From assembly GCA_013203315.1 (NCBI GenBank), contig JABMQJ010000016.1, positions 1 to 64,000 of the forward strand: DNA of 64,000 bases, written 5' to 3'. The stretch's first letter is position 1, and every line of letters begins with the position of its first letter. The notes under the pieces are model-generated. The model did no database searches, was not told the origin of the DNA, and saw only the letters and a program-made list of their open reading frames with translations. Source of the stretch: Candidatus Omnitrophota bacterium. Lineage in GTDB: Bacteria > Omnitrophota > Gorgyraeia > JABMRN01 > RBG-13-46-9. Both the position numbers and the translations under genes were made by a program. Of this stretch, positions 55,344 to 64,000 are shown in pieces.

Positions 55344-55781
55344 ATGGAAAAGAGGCTCTACAAGAGAACCCGATACATTGTCAAAGCAAAATTCCAGATG
55401 AAATATGTTGGCTTACTTCTTTTAGTTGCGCTTGCAAGCGCAACTATTTCCGGATATACGATATATTATAACTCATGGGTTCTTTTAGGGGAAAAACTCG
55501 CAAACGTCTACCCGCAGGGAAGACTCATGGAGATTTTTAAATCCGTAAACATTAAACTGGCCGTTAGTATGGTTTTTGTTTCAATGATTTGCATAGGGAT
55601 AGGGATTTTGGCATCACACAAGATCGCGGGCCCCGTTCACAGGATGGTAATGTTTCTAGACAGCTTAACGGCTGGCGATTACAGTAAGCGTCTGTTCTTA
55701 AGGAAGAAAGATGAATTGAAGGACCTGGCAGAGGCCATAAACAGGCTGACAGTCGAACTGGATAAGAAAAAAAAGGCTTGA
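55344..55781 (+). CDS. Two-TM HAMP-domain membrane protein without an output domain
   Basis: KFQMKY, two TM helices, SHKIAGP, GDYSKRLFLRKKDELKDLAEAIN; RBS ggagg before the ATG at 55344. Confidence 0.8.
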   Translation: MEKRLYKRTRYIVKAKFQMKYVGLLLLVALASATISGYTIYYNSWVLLGEKLANVYPQGRLMEIFKSVNIKLAVSMVFVSMICIGIGILASHKIAGPVHRMVMFLDSLTAGDYSKRLFLRKKDELKDLAEAINRLTVELDKKKKA

Positions 55782-55806
55782 CAGTATCAATGGGATGTGT
55801 TATTTT
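55778..55806 (+). promoter_or_regulatory. Promoter for polA
   Basis: TTGACA (55778-55783), 17 bp spacer, TG-n-TATTTT (55801-55806). Confidence 0.6.
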
Positions 55807-55907
55807 GTTTCACGATCACTTAGCTACTAAGTTCTTTCAGCTAAAGCAGTTACAAAAGGCCCAACCTAGTTTGTAATAATCGAAAATCAAATCTGATGTA
55901 TTAATCC

Positions 55908-58583
55908 ATGCCTGATAGCTCAAACAAAAAATTTTTTCTGATTGACGGTAACTCATTTTGCTACAGGGCCTATTACGCCATAAGGCACCTGTCTAACTCC
56001 AAGGGGCAAGCCACGAATGCTATCTATGGGGTTATTGCGATGATCAGAAAGATTATCAAGGATGAAAAACCCGACATGCTAGCTGTTGCATTTGACTTAA
56101 AGGGGCCGACATTCAGGCACGAAAAATTTAAGGACTATAAGGCAACGCGAAAGCCCATGCCAGATGACCTGGCCAGTCAATTGCCGTACATAAAGAAGAT
56201 TGTGAAAGCCTACAATATACCCATTTACGAAATGCAGGGGTACGAGGCGGACGATGTCCTGGCGACCCTTGCCGAAAAGTGCGCCAAGGCAAGGAATATA
56301 GACACCTTTTTGGTTACAAGTGACAAAGATGCGATGCAGCTTGTAGGGTCCCGCATAAAAGTTTATAGCCCGCACAAGGATGGCATGGTCTATGGCGAAA
56401 AAGAGGTTAAGGAAAGGTTCGGAGTCGGGCCGGATAAGATAACCGATCTTATGGCGCTGATGGGAGACGCCTCGGACAATATTCCCGGCGTACCCGGCAT
56501 AGGCGAAAAAACCGCAGTGGAGCTTATGAAGAAATTTGATAGTCTTGAAGACATTTTGAAGAATGTCCATAAGGTTAAAAGTCAGTCGCAGCGAAAAAAA
56601 ATTGAGCAGTCAAAAGAACTTGCGCTTTTGAGTAAGAATCTTGCGACCGTTGACAGGAATGTCCCTATAGAGATGGACTTAGATGACCTGCGTATGCAGG
56701 AGCCAAATGAAAAGGCGCTTATAGAGCTTTTTACGGAACTAGAATTCAAAAACCTATTAAAAGACATAACGCCGAAGCAAAAGCACGAGGGCGCTTACAA
56801 TATTGTCGATAATAAAAAAAGTTTTATGAAATTAGTGCAAGCGTTGAAGAGTGTAAAGAGCTTTGCGTTTGATTTTGAGACAACCCACTACGACCCCATG
56901 CGTGCCGTACCATGCGGTGTATCGTTTTGCTGGAGCGAGGGGGAGGCTAGTTACATACCGCTTAATGCTCTTACGGATATATCTAAAGAGGAAGTTCTGG
57001 AAGGATTAAAGGGGATTTTTGAAAATAGCAATATAAAGAAAATCGGGCAGAACATAAAATACGATGCGTTGATTCTAAGAAATCTTGGCATTCCGGTAAA
57101 AGGCATCGCATTTGATACCATGGTCGCTTCATATCTTTTAAACCCGTCCAAATCACGGCATAATCTTGGCGATATAGCGTTTGAGCACCTGGGGCGCGTT
57201 ATGGAGTCGATTGAGGATCTGATAGGGAAGGGCAAAAAGGCCATTACCATGGATCAGGTTGACGTCCGAAAAGTCTGTGACTACTGTTGTGCGGATAGCG
57301 ATGCCACATTTAGCGCCAAGGCAGTCCTTCTTAAAAAAATGGAGGAAAAAAACCTCGAAAAATTATTTTCTGACGTCGAAATGCCGCTTATTGATGTATT
57401 GGCCGACATGGAATTCTCAGGTGTAAGCATTGACACCAAATACCTTAATGCTCTTTCCGGGGATCTGGAAAAAGAGATTAAGAAGCTCGAGAAAATAATT
57501 TTTGAGCTTGCCGGAGAAAGTTTTAACATAAACTCGCCGAAGCAACTCCAGGTTATACTTTTTGAAAAATTAAAAATGCCTGTCATAAAAAAGATAAAGA
57601 CAGGCGCTTCGACAAACGAAGAAGTGCTGCGGATTTTATCTGAAAAAGAACGTCTACCAAAAGAAATTTTGCGTTATAGGACGCTGGCAAAATTAACCTC
57701 GACCTATGTCGATAGCCTGCCCACACTTATAAATCCGAAAACAGGGCGGATACACACCTCTTTCAATCAGACGGTAACCGCAACAGGCAGGCTTTCATCA
57801 AGCAATCCGAATGTGCAGAATATCCCCATAAAGACCGAAACCGGCAAGAAGATTCGCAAGGCCTTTGTTGCGGAGAAAAAAGAGCAGATAATACTCTCGG
57901 CGGATTATTCGCAGATAGAGCTTCGAATTTTAGCGCATCTTTCCGGAGACAGTAATCTCATCCAGGCCTTTAAAGAAGATAGAGACATTCACGCCTTTAC
58001 CGCCTCCTTAATATACGGTCTTGATGAAAAAGATGTTGACCAAAAAATGAGAAGCGCGGCAAAAACAGTAAATTTCGGTATCGTCTACGGGATTAGCGCC
58101 TATGGCCTATCGCGGGACCTGGGGATTGATGTCCGCGAAGCCGCAAAGTTCATAGACTCCTATTTCGAGCGTTATCCCCTGGTAAAAACTTATCTGGAAG
58201 AAAAGGTAAAAGAAACAAGAGAACAGGGTTTTGTAACCACGATTCTCGGAAGGCGCCGCTATATACCGGAAATTAATTCGGAAAATGTTTCCGTGCGCAA
58301 TTTTGCCGAACGCACGGCAGTAAATACGCCCATACAGGGATCAGCCGCGGACTTAATAAAGCTCGCAATGATCGAGATACATGGGTCGCTCGATGATTTT
58401 GACGCCAGGATGATCCTGCAAGTCCATGATGAGCTTGTTTTTGAAGTAGGGAAGAAGGATTTGAAAAAGTTTGCGAAAGTCGTAAAAAGAGGCATGGAAA
58501 ATGTGATGAATCTAAAAGTGCCCATAACCGTGCGCCTTGAGGCCGGAAGCAACTGGCTTGAAATGGAGACTGTTGGGCTGTGA
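55908..58583 (+). CDS. polA: DNA polymerase I
   Basis: LIDGNS, YEADD, 3'-5' exonuclease motifs (DFETT, NIKYD), TGRLSSSNPN, DYSQIELR, KTVNFGIVYG, QVHDEL. Confidence 0.97.
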   Translation: MPDSSNKKFFLIDGNSFCYRAYYAIRHLSNSKGQATNAIYGVIAMIRKIIKDEKPDMLAVAFDLKGPTFRHEKFKDYKATRKPMPDDLASQLPYIKKIVKAYNIPIYEMQGYEADDVLATLAEKCAKARNIDTFLVTSDKDAMQLVGSRIKVYSPHKDGMVYGEKEVKERFGVGPDKITDLMALMGDASDNIPGVPGIGEKTAVELMKKFDSLEDILKNVHKVKSQSQRKKIEQSKELALLSKNLATVDRNVPIEMDLDDLRMQEPNEKALIELFTELEFKNLLKDITPKQKHEGAYNIVDNKKSFMKLVQALKSVKSFAFDFETTHYDPMRAVPCGVSFCWSEGEASYIPLNALTDISKEEVLEGLKGIFENSNIKKIGQNIKYDALILRNLGIPVKGIAFDTMVASYLLNPSKSRHNLGDIAFEHLGRVMESIEDLIGKGKKAITMDQVDVRKVCDYCCADSDATFSAKAVLLKKMEEKNLEKLFSDVEMPLIDVLADMEFSGVSIDTKYLNALSGDLEKEIKKLEKIIFELAGESFNINSPKQLQVILFEKLKMPVIKKIKTGASTNEEVLRILSEKERLPKEILRYRTLAKLTSTYVDSLPTLINPKTGRIHTSFNQTVTATGRLSSSNPNVQNIPIKTETGKKIRKAFVAEKKEQIILSADYSQIELRILAHLSGDSNLIQAFKEDRDIHAFTASLIYGLDEKDVDQKMRSAAKTVNFGIVYGISAYGLSRDLGIDVREAAKFIDSYFERYPLVKTYLEEKVKETREQGFVTTILGRRRYIPEINSENVSVRNFAERTAVNTPIQGSAADLIKLAMIEIHGSLDDFDARMILQVHDELVFEVGKKDLKKFAKVVKRGMENVMNLKVPITVRLEAGSNWLEMETVGL

Positions 58584-59164
58584 AGCTGGTAGTAGGCATA
58601 ACAGGAAATTTTGGAACAGGGAAAACAACCGTAGCTAATTTTTTTAAGGCTTGCGGGGCGCATGTTATTAATGCCGATAAAATTGTGCACGAAATATATA
58701 GGAATGATAAGCGTATCCAGAAAAAAATACGACAGACCTTTGGAAGCGGCGTTTTCCGAAAAGGCACCATTGATAGAGGCGAGCTTGCGCGGGCGGCATT
58801 TTCAAAAGGACGCCTCTTAGGAAAGCTATGCAATATAGTATATCCCGAAACAGTAAAAAAAATAAGCGAAAGACTTAAAAAATCAAAAAAATCTATTAAT
58901 ATCTTGGACGCGCCGATGTTAATAGAGTCAGGGCTCAATAATTATGTGGATTATATTGTGGTGGTATGCGCAAGTAAAAGAAATCAGATGAGAAGATGTG
59001 CTTCGCTGGGATTTGCTCCCGATGAGATTGGGAAGCGGCTTCTATTCCAAATGCCAAGCACTAAAAAAATAAAGTTTGCAGATTTTGTAATTAATAATAA
59101 TCGCTCGAAAGAGCACGTAAGAAAGGAAGTAAAAAAGATATGGCGAAAGTTAAAGAGGAGGTAG
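58580..59164 (+). CDS. coaE: Dephospho-CoA kinase
   Basis: [32 protein letters not shown]; polA-coaE gene order. Confidence 0.92.
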   Translation: MKLVVGITGNFGTGKTTVANFFKACGAHVINADKIVHEIYRNDKRIQKKIRQTFGSGVFRKGTIDRGELARAAFSKGRLLGKLCNIVYPETVKKISERLKKSKKSINILDAPMLIESGLNNYVDYIVVVCASKRNQMRRCASLGFAPDEIGKRLLFQMPSTKKIKFADFVINNNRSKEHVRKEVKKIWRKLKRR

Positions 59165-59166
59165 GG

Positions 59167-60423
59167 ATGGATAATATTAATATCGAAAAATTAAAATCGC
59201 TTAACATGACCGAGCTAAACAAGGTCGCCAAGGGACTCAAAATAAATAATTTGGCAGGCCTTAAAAAACAGGACCTCATTTTTAAAATCCTTCAGGCGAA
59301 AACCGAGAAGGAAGGGCTAATATTCGGTGAAGGGGTGCTTGAAGTCCTTCCTGACGGATTTGGTTTTTTAAGAAGCCCCAAATATAACTACCTTCCCTGT
59401 CCCGATGACATTTATATTTCACCGTCGCAAATAAGAAGGTTTAGCTTGCGCACGGGGGATACGGTAAGCGGGCAAATACGGCCCCCGAAGGACGGGGAAA
59501 GATACTTCGCGCTTCTTAAAGTAGAAGCCGTAAACTTTGAAAATCCGGAAAGTGCAAAAGATAAAATTCTGTTTGATAACCTAACGCCTCTGTATCCGAA
59601 CGTGAGATATTCGCTGGAGACAGATCCGGAAGAGATCTCTATGCGAGTAATGGATCTCTTGACGCCGGTAGGCAAGGGCCAGCGCGGAATGATTGTCGCA
59701 CAGCCATACAGCGGAAAGACGGTACTTCTACAGAAATTCGCCAATAGTATAACGACAAATTATCCTGACGCTGTCTTGCTCGTATTGTTAATAGATGAAA
59801 GACCCGAAGAAGTAACAGACATGATAAGATCGGTAAAGGGAGAGGTTGTAAGCTCTACATTTGATGAACCGGCGGAAAGGCACACTCAGGTAGCAGAAAT
59901 GGTCCTGGAAAAAGCAAAGAGGCTTGTAGAGCACAAAAGGGATGTTATAATACTTCTGGATTCAATAACAAGGCTAGCAAGGGCATATAACTCTGTCATG
60001 CCGCACTCAGGAAAAATACTCTCCGGTGGCGTAGACTCAAATGCGCTACAAAAACCGAAGAGGTTCCTCGGTGCCGCACGAAACATCGAAGAGGGCGGCT
60101 CGCTTACAATCATAGCAACAGCGCTTGTGGAAACAGGCTCCCGAATGGACGAAGTTATATTCGAGGAATTTAAAGGAACGGGCAACATGGAGTTACAGTT
60201 AGACAGGACACTTTTCCAACGAAGAGTTTATCCTGCCATCGACATTAAGAAGTCCAACACAAGAAAAGAAGAGCTTCTTGTCGAAAGCGACGAGCTCCAG
60301 AAAATATGGCTTATGCGCAAGGCCCTTAATGACTTAAGCAGCGTAGAGGCAATGGAGCTTTTAATCGAGAAACTCAAAAAAACAAAGACGAACAAAGAAT
60401 TTTTAAAGTCACTAAACAAGTAA
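59167..60423 (+). CDS. rho: Transcription termination factor Rho
   Basis: [55 protein letters not shown]; ATG at 59167 after RBS gaggag. Confidence 0.97.
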   Translation: MDNINIEKLKSLNMTELNKVAKGLKINNLAGLKKQDLIFKILQAKTEKEGLIFGEGVLEVLPDGFGFLRSPKYNYLPCPDDIYISPSQIRRFSLRTGDTVSGQIRPPKDGERYFALLKVEAVNFENPESAKDKILFDNLTPLYPNVRYSLETDPEEISMRVMDLLTPVGKGQRGMIVAQPYSGKTVLLQKFANSITTNYPDAVLLVLLIDERPEEVTDMIRSVKGEVVSSTFDEPAERHTQVAEMVLEKAKRLVEHKRDVIILLDSITRLARAYNSVMPHSGKILSGGVDSNALQKPKRFLGAARNIEEGGSLTIIATALVETGSRMDEVIFEEFKGTGNMELQLDRTLFQRRVYPAIDIKKSNTRKEELLVESDELQKIWLMRKALNDLSSVEAMELLIEKLKKTKTNKEFLKSLNK

Positions 60424-60433
60424 AGGAGGAGGA

Positions 60434-60715
60434 ATGAAACCTAAAATTCATCCGGAATACAAGGATACCGCTATCGTGTGCGCTTGCGGGGAAGTCATAC
60501 AGACCAGGAGCACAAGGCAAAATATCCACATCGAGATCTGTTCAAAATGTCACCCGTTTTTTACCGGCAAACAAAAGCTAATTGACTCAGCCGGAAGGGT
60601 TGATAAATTCATGAAAAGATATGAAAAAAAACAGAAACCGAAAGCGAAGAAGGAAAAAATTGTCGAGCAAGATTCCCCCGCTAAAGAAGAAAAAGAAAAG
60701 CAGGAAAAAGAATAA
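60434..60715 (+). CDS. rpmE: 50S ribosomal protein bL31 (Zn-binding type)
   Basis: [29 protein letters not shown]; charged tail. Confidence 0.96.
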   Translation: MKPKIHPEYKDTAIVCACGEVIQTRSTRQNIHIEICSKCHPFFTGKQKLIDSAGRVDKFMKRYEKKQKPKAKKEKIVEQDSPAKEEKEKQEKE

Positions 60716-60721
60716 GAGAAG

Positions 60722-61783
60722 ATGAATAAGAAGTTAGAGGAAAAGTTAAAACGGTTCTCGGAACTTCAGGAATTGGTTATCGATCCCAAAATCATTTCCA
60801 ATCAAAAGGAGTACAAAAAATACGCCAAGGAGATGTCGTCTTTACAGAAGATAGTTTCGAAATACAACGAGTATCAAAAAATTGTTGACGAAATAACTTC
60901 GCTTGAAGCTGTACTAGGTGACACCGAGCAGGAGAAAGAATTTCTTAAGTTGGCGGAAGACGAACTCGAGTCCCATAAAGCCACCAGGGGCAAGCTCCAA
61001 GAAGAGTTGGAAGAACTTCTCCTCGAAAAAGACGAAAATGCAGATAAGGACATCATAATGGAAATACGCCAGGGGACCGGTGGCGTAGAAGCTGCTTTAT
61101 TTGCGCATGACCTCTTCAGGATGTATTCGAGATATGCGGCAAGGAAAGGCTGGAAGGTTGAAACCATATCTGCCAGTGTCACAGAAAAAGGCGGTTTTAA
61201 AGAGGCTATATTTTCGGTGTCCGGTGATGGCGTTTACGGTGACTTTAAGTATGAAAGCGGTACGCACAGAGTACAGCGCGTCCCTGCCACAGAGACTAGC
61301 GGTCGCATACATACCTCAGCGGCAACAGTAGCGGTACTACCGGAAGCTGAAGATGTCGACATGGAGATAAAACCGCAAGATTTGCGAATAGATGTTTTCA
61401 GGGCGGGTGGTAGAGGCGGCCAACATGTGAACGTTACTGATTCAGCGGTAAGAATCACACACATGCCAACGGGCCTTGTTGTGAGTTGCCAGGACGAAAG
61501 GTCCCAGTATAAAAATAAGGCAAAGGCGATGAGGGTACTGCGCGCGCGGCTTTTCGATAAGATAACACAGGATCAAAATAAGAAGCGATCCCGCGATCGC
61601 AAGCTGCAAGTTGGTTCGGGTGACAGGTCAGAGAAAATAAGAACTTATAATTTTCCGGATAGGCGCGTAACAGATCATAGAATTGGATTTACAAAACATA
61701 ACCTAGAAGGTGTTCTAAATGGCGCGCTTGACGAATTTATAGCTGCCTTAAGAGAGGCAGACCGCAAAGAGAGGATGAAGTAA
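60722..61783 (+). CDS. prfA: Peptide chain release factor 1
   Basis: [14 protein letters not shown] (PxT), GGQHVN, RTYNFP. Confidence 0.96.
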   Translation: MNKKLEEKLKRFSELQELVIDPKIISNQKEYKKYAKEMSSLQKIVSKYNEYQKIVDEITSLEAVLGDTEQEKEFLKLAEDELESHKATRGKLQEELEELLLEKDENADKDIIMEIRQGTGGVEAALFAHDLFRMYSRYAARKGWKVETISASVTEKGGFKEAIFSVSGDGVYGDFKYESGTHRVQRVPATETSGRIHTSAATVAVLPEAEDVDMEIKPQDLRIDVFRAGGRGGQHVNVTDSAVRITHMPTGLVVSCQDERSQYKNKAKAMRVLRARLFDKITQDQNKKRSRDRKLQVGSGDRSEKIRTYNFPDRRVTDHRIGFTKHNLEGVLNGALDEFIAALREADRKERMK

Positions 61784-61787
61784 GATT

Positions 61788-62438
61788 ATGCGCCAAGCCC
61801 CCTTTATGGATTTCGAATTCGAAACGGAAAACGCAGTGCTTTATCCCAGGCCCGAAACTGAAATCCTGGTGGAAAAAGCCATCGATCTTTTTTTGGGGCA
61901 CGTTGAATCCGACTCGAAGCCGGCAATACTTGACGTCGGTACAGGATGCGGAAACATCGCAATAAGTTTGACAAAGTATATTCCTTCGGGTAAAATTGTC
62001 GCTTTAGATATTTCTGATACGGCTCTTAGGGTCGCAGAGAGTAATGCCATTACACATGGAGTCCGGGAAAGGATAGTTTTTTTAAAAAGCAATCTGTTTG
62101 AAAACATAGAAAAGAGTTACGAAAACTATTTTGATTTAATTATTTCGAATCCACCATACGTTTCATTAGAAGACTTTTCCTCGCTTTCCGGGGAGGTGAA
62201 GAGTGACCCGTACATTGCGCTGTATGGCGGCACTGACGGCATGGACTTTTATAGAAGGATAGTGAGAGAATCTCCGGCCTTTCTTAAAAGAGGCGGGATT
62301 CTGCTTATGGAAACTGGCTACAATCAGGCAGAAGCAGTCAAAACGTTTCTGGAGAATTCAGGCAATTTTTGTGACATATGTGTTTATAAAGATTACGCAA
62401 ATATTGACAGGATTATAAAAGCGAGAAAAAATGGATAG
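61788..62438 (+). CDS. prmC: Release factor glutamine methyltransferase, lacking the N-terminal domain
   Basis: VLYPRPETE, LDVGTGCGNI, SNPPY, ALYGG; follows prfA; only 216 aa. Confidence 0.88.
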   Translation: MRQAPFMDFEFETENAVLYPRPETEILVEKAIDLFLGHVESDSKPAILDVGTGCGNIAISLTKYIPSGKIVALDISDTALRVAESNAITHGVRERIVFLKSNLFENIEKSYENYFDLIISNPPYVSLEDFSSLSGEVKSDPYIALYGGTDGMDFYRRIVRESPAFLKRGGILLMETGYNQAEAVKTFLENSGNFCDICVYKDYANIDRIIKARKNG

Positions 62439-63702
62439 ATTAGTAATAGAGGGCGGTAATACCCTTAAAGGCACGATTAATATAAGCGGCGCTAAAAATG
62501 CGGCACTTCCGATAATGGCGGCGGCGCTCCTGACAGACGAGACCTGTGTTATAAATAATGTCCCTGCACTACGCGATACTGATACGATGATTAGAATTTT
62601 ACGCGCCATGGAAGCTAAAGTCGAAAGAAAAAAAGAATGCGTTTCTATAACCGGCGCCTGCGGAAACCTAAAAGCCCCCTATGACCTTGTGAGCACGATG
62701 AGGGCTTCTGTCTGTGTCCTGGGGCCGCTTGTCGCAAAAAGAAAATTTGCAGAGGTTTCCTTTCCCGGTGGCTGCATTATCGGACCGCGTCCGATAGACT
62801 TGCACTTAAAGGGATTGGAAAAATTGGGAGCCGAGATAAAGATAAAGTCCGGTTATATTATAGCAAAGGCTAAAAAACTTAAAGGAGCTAAGATTTATCT
62901 GGGAGGTCATTTTGGTTCAAGTGTTCTTGCAACTGCCAACACAATGATGGCAGCCACACTGGCAGAGGGTACAACGGTTATCGAAAATGCGGCCTGCGAA
63001 CCCGAAATAGTGGACTTGGCTAATTTTCTGATATCAATGGGCGCCAGGATAGAAGGCCACTCCACTCCTACGGTGATGATAAATGGCGTAAAAAAGCTTC
63101 ATGCTACGAATTATAAGATAATATCCGATCGCATTGAAACAGGGACATATGCGCTGGCTGGCGCGATTACAGGCGGCGATATTTTTCTTAAAGGAGCCAA
63201 GGCCGCGCATCTCCTTGCCGTAATAGATAAGTTACGTGAATGCGGAATTCATATTGTCGAACATAAAGACGGACTACGGGTTAAGAGAAAAGTCAAGAGC
63301 AAGATAAAGCCCACTTCCGTTACGACACTGCCATATCCGGGTTTTCCGACAGACATGCAAGCGCAAATAATGGCGCTTCTTTGCTTGTCAGACGGTATAA
63401 GTATTATAACGGAAAAAATTTATCCCGAAAGATTCATACACGTGAGTGAATTAGGCCGTATGGGGGCGCAAATTATACTTGAAGGCCCGAACGCCATAAT
63501 CAAGGGCGTAAAGAGCTTAAGCGGCGCCGATGTCATGGCCTCGGATTTGAGGGCGTCGGCAGCCTTAGTCCTGGCAGGGCTTGTCGCAAAACAAAAGACC
63601 CGTGTTCACAGGATATATCACCTTGACCGCGGTTATGAGAAATTAGATAAAAAATTGAAAAACGTCGGAGCGAGTATTTGGAGAGAAAAGGAGGAAAAAT
63701 AA
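62431..63702 (+). CDS. murA: UDP-N-acetylglucosamine 1-carboxyvinyltransferase
   Basis: [48 protein letters not shown]. Confidence 0.97.
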   Translation: MDRLVIEGGNTLKGTINISGAKNAALPIMAAALLTDETCVINNVPALRDTDTMIRILRAMEAKVERKKECVSITGACGNLKAPYDLVSTMRASVCVLGPLVAKRKFAEVSFPGGCIIGPRPIDLHLKGLEKLGAEIKIKSGYIIAKAKKLKGAKIYLGGHFGSSVLATANTMMAATLAEGTTVIENAACEPEIVDLANFLISMGARIEGHSTPTVMINGVKKLHATNYKIISDRIETGTYALAGAITGGDIFLKGAKAAHLLAVIDKLRECGIHIVEHKDGLRVKRKVKSKIKPTSVTTLPYPGFPTDMQAQIMALLCLSDGISIITEKIYPERFIHVSELGRMGAQIILEGPNAIIKGVKSLSGADVMASDLRASAALVLAGLVAKQKTRVHRIYHLDRGYEKLDKKLKNVGASIWREKEEK

Positions 63703-63944
63703 TGGCAGTAGTGTTGAGATTGAAAAGGATGGGGACAAATAAAAAGCCTTTTTACAGGATCGTGGCTACCGATAAAAGAAGCCCTAGGGACGGGCGCTTT
63801 ATCGAAGAAATCGGCTACTACGACCCCAAAAAGAACCCCGCTGATGTAAAAATCGACAAGGAACGGGCTCTTTATTGGCTGAAAAACGGCGCAAAGCCAT
63901 CCGAAACAGTCCGAAGCCTTATTAAGAAGCAAGGCATAAAGTAA
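63702..63944 (+). CDS. rpsP: 30S ribosomal protein bS16
   Basis: [41 protein letters not shown]; ATG at 63702 after RBS aggagg. Confidence 0.97.
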   Translation: MAVVLRLKRMGTNKKPFYRIVATDKRSPRDGRFIEEIGYYDPKKNPADVKIDKERALYWLKNGAKPSETVRSLIKKQGIK

Positions 63945-63971
63945 GAAAATTCGAGATCCAGAACGTTTGAT

Positions 63972-63997
63972 TGCTTGGAATTTGGTGCTTGGAATTT
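63972..63997. repeat. Short tandem repeat with a 14-bp period (7-mer based)
   Basis: tgcttggaattt occurs at 63972 and 63986, at the window end. Confidence 0.55.
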
Positions 63998-64000
63998 CAG

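Noticed and set aside
1-64000. tRNA, rRNA, CRISPR arrays, transposases and the many short minus-strand ORFs
   Set aside because: Intergenic gaps show no cloverleaf or repeat-spacer pattern, no transposase motif was seen, and the minus-strand ORFs are shadows of well-supported plus-strand genes.

Overview
A densely packed 64 kb stretch of core bacterial chromosome in which every supportable gene lies on the + strand. Gene content and style suggest a PVC-superphylum organism such as Ca. Omnitrophota (inference, not verified). It carries housekeeping operons: yggS-proC-yggT-yggU-mtnP-pfkB-ileS-dksA-lspA-lgt-rluD-aroA; mreBCD-mrdA-rodA; rplU-rpmA-obgE-proBA-nadD-rsfS-argS-mfd; PPIase-surA-pdxA-rsmA; gatCAB-ctpA-tsaD; and polA-coaE-rho-rpmE-prfA-prmC-murA-rpsP. 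A type IVa pilus locus of about 19 kb is wrapped around an RNase E/G gene. The most interesting items are: (1) a four-gene module of a bactofilin-HTH fusion, a membrane-anchored HTH protein, a TPR-PDZ protein and a HAMP membrane protein; (2) a 55-aa ORF missing from the ORF track, with its own promoter and RBS, resembling the archaeal chromatin protein CC1; (3) a TMTC-like GT-C plus a DPM1-like GT2 directly behind the major pilin, a candidate pilin O-glycosylation system; (4) a stand-alone MshEN protein ahead of tandem PilB ATPases; (5) a dispersed long-palindrome element at 7-137 and 44048-44289, the second copy beside a GC-shifted 3' end of a shortened Mfd; (6) short hairpin-like insertions inside coding sequences. 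No tRNA, rRNA, CRISPR array or transposase was recognised.
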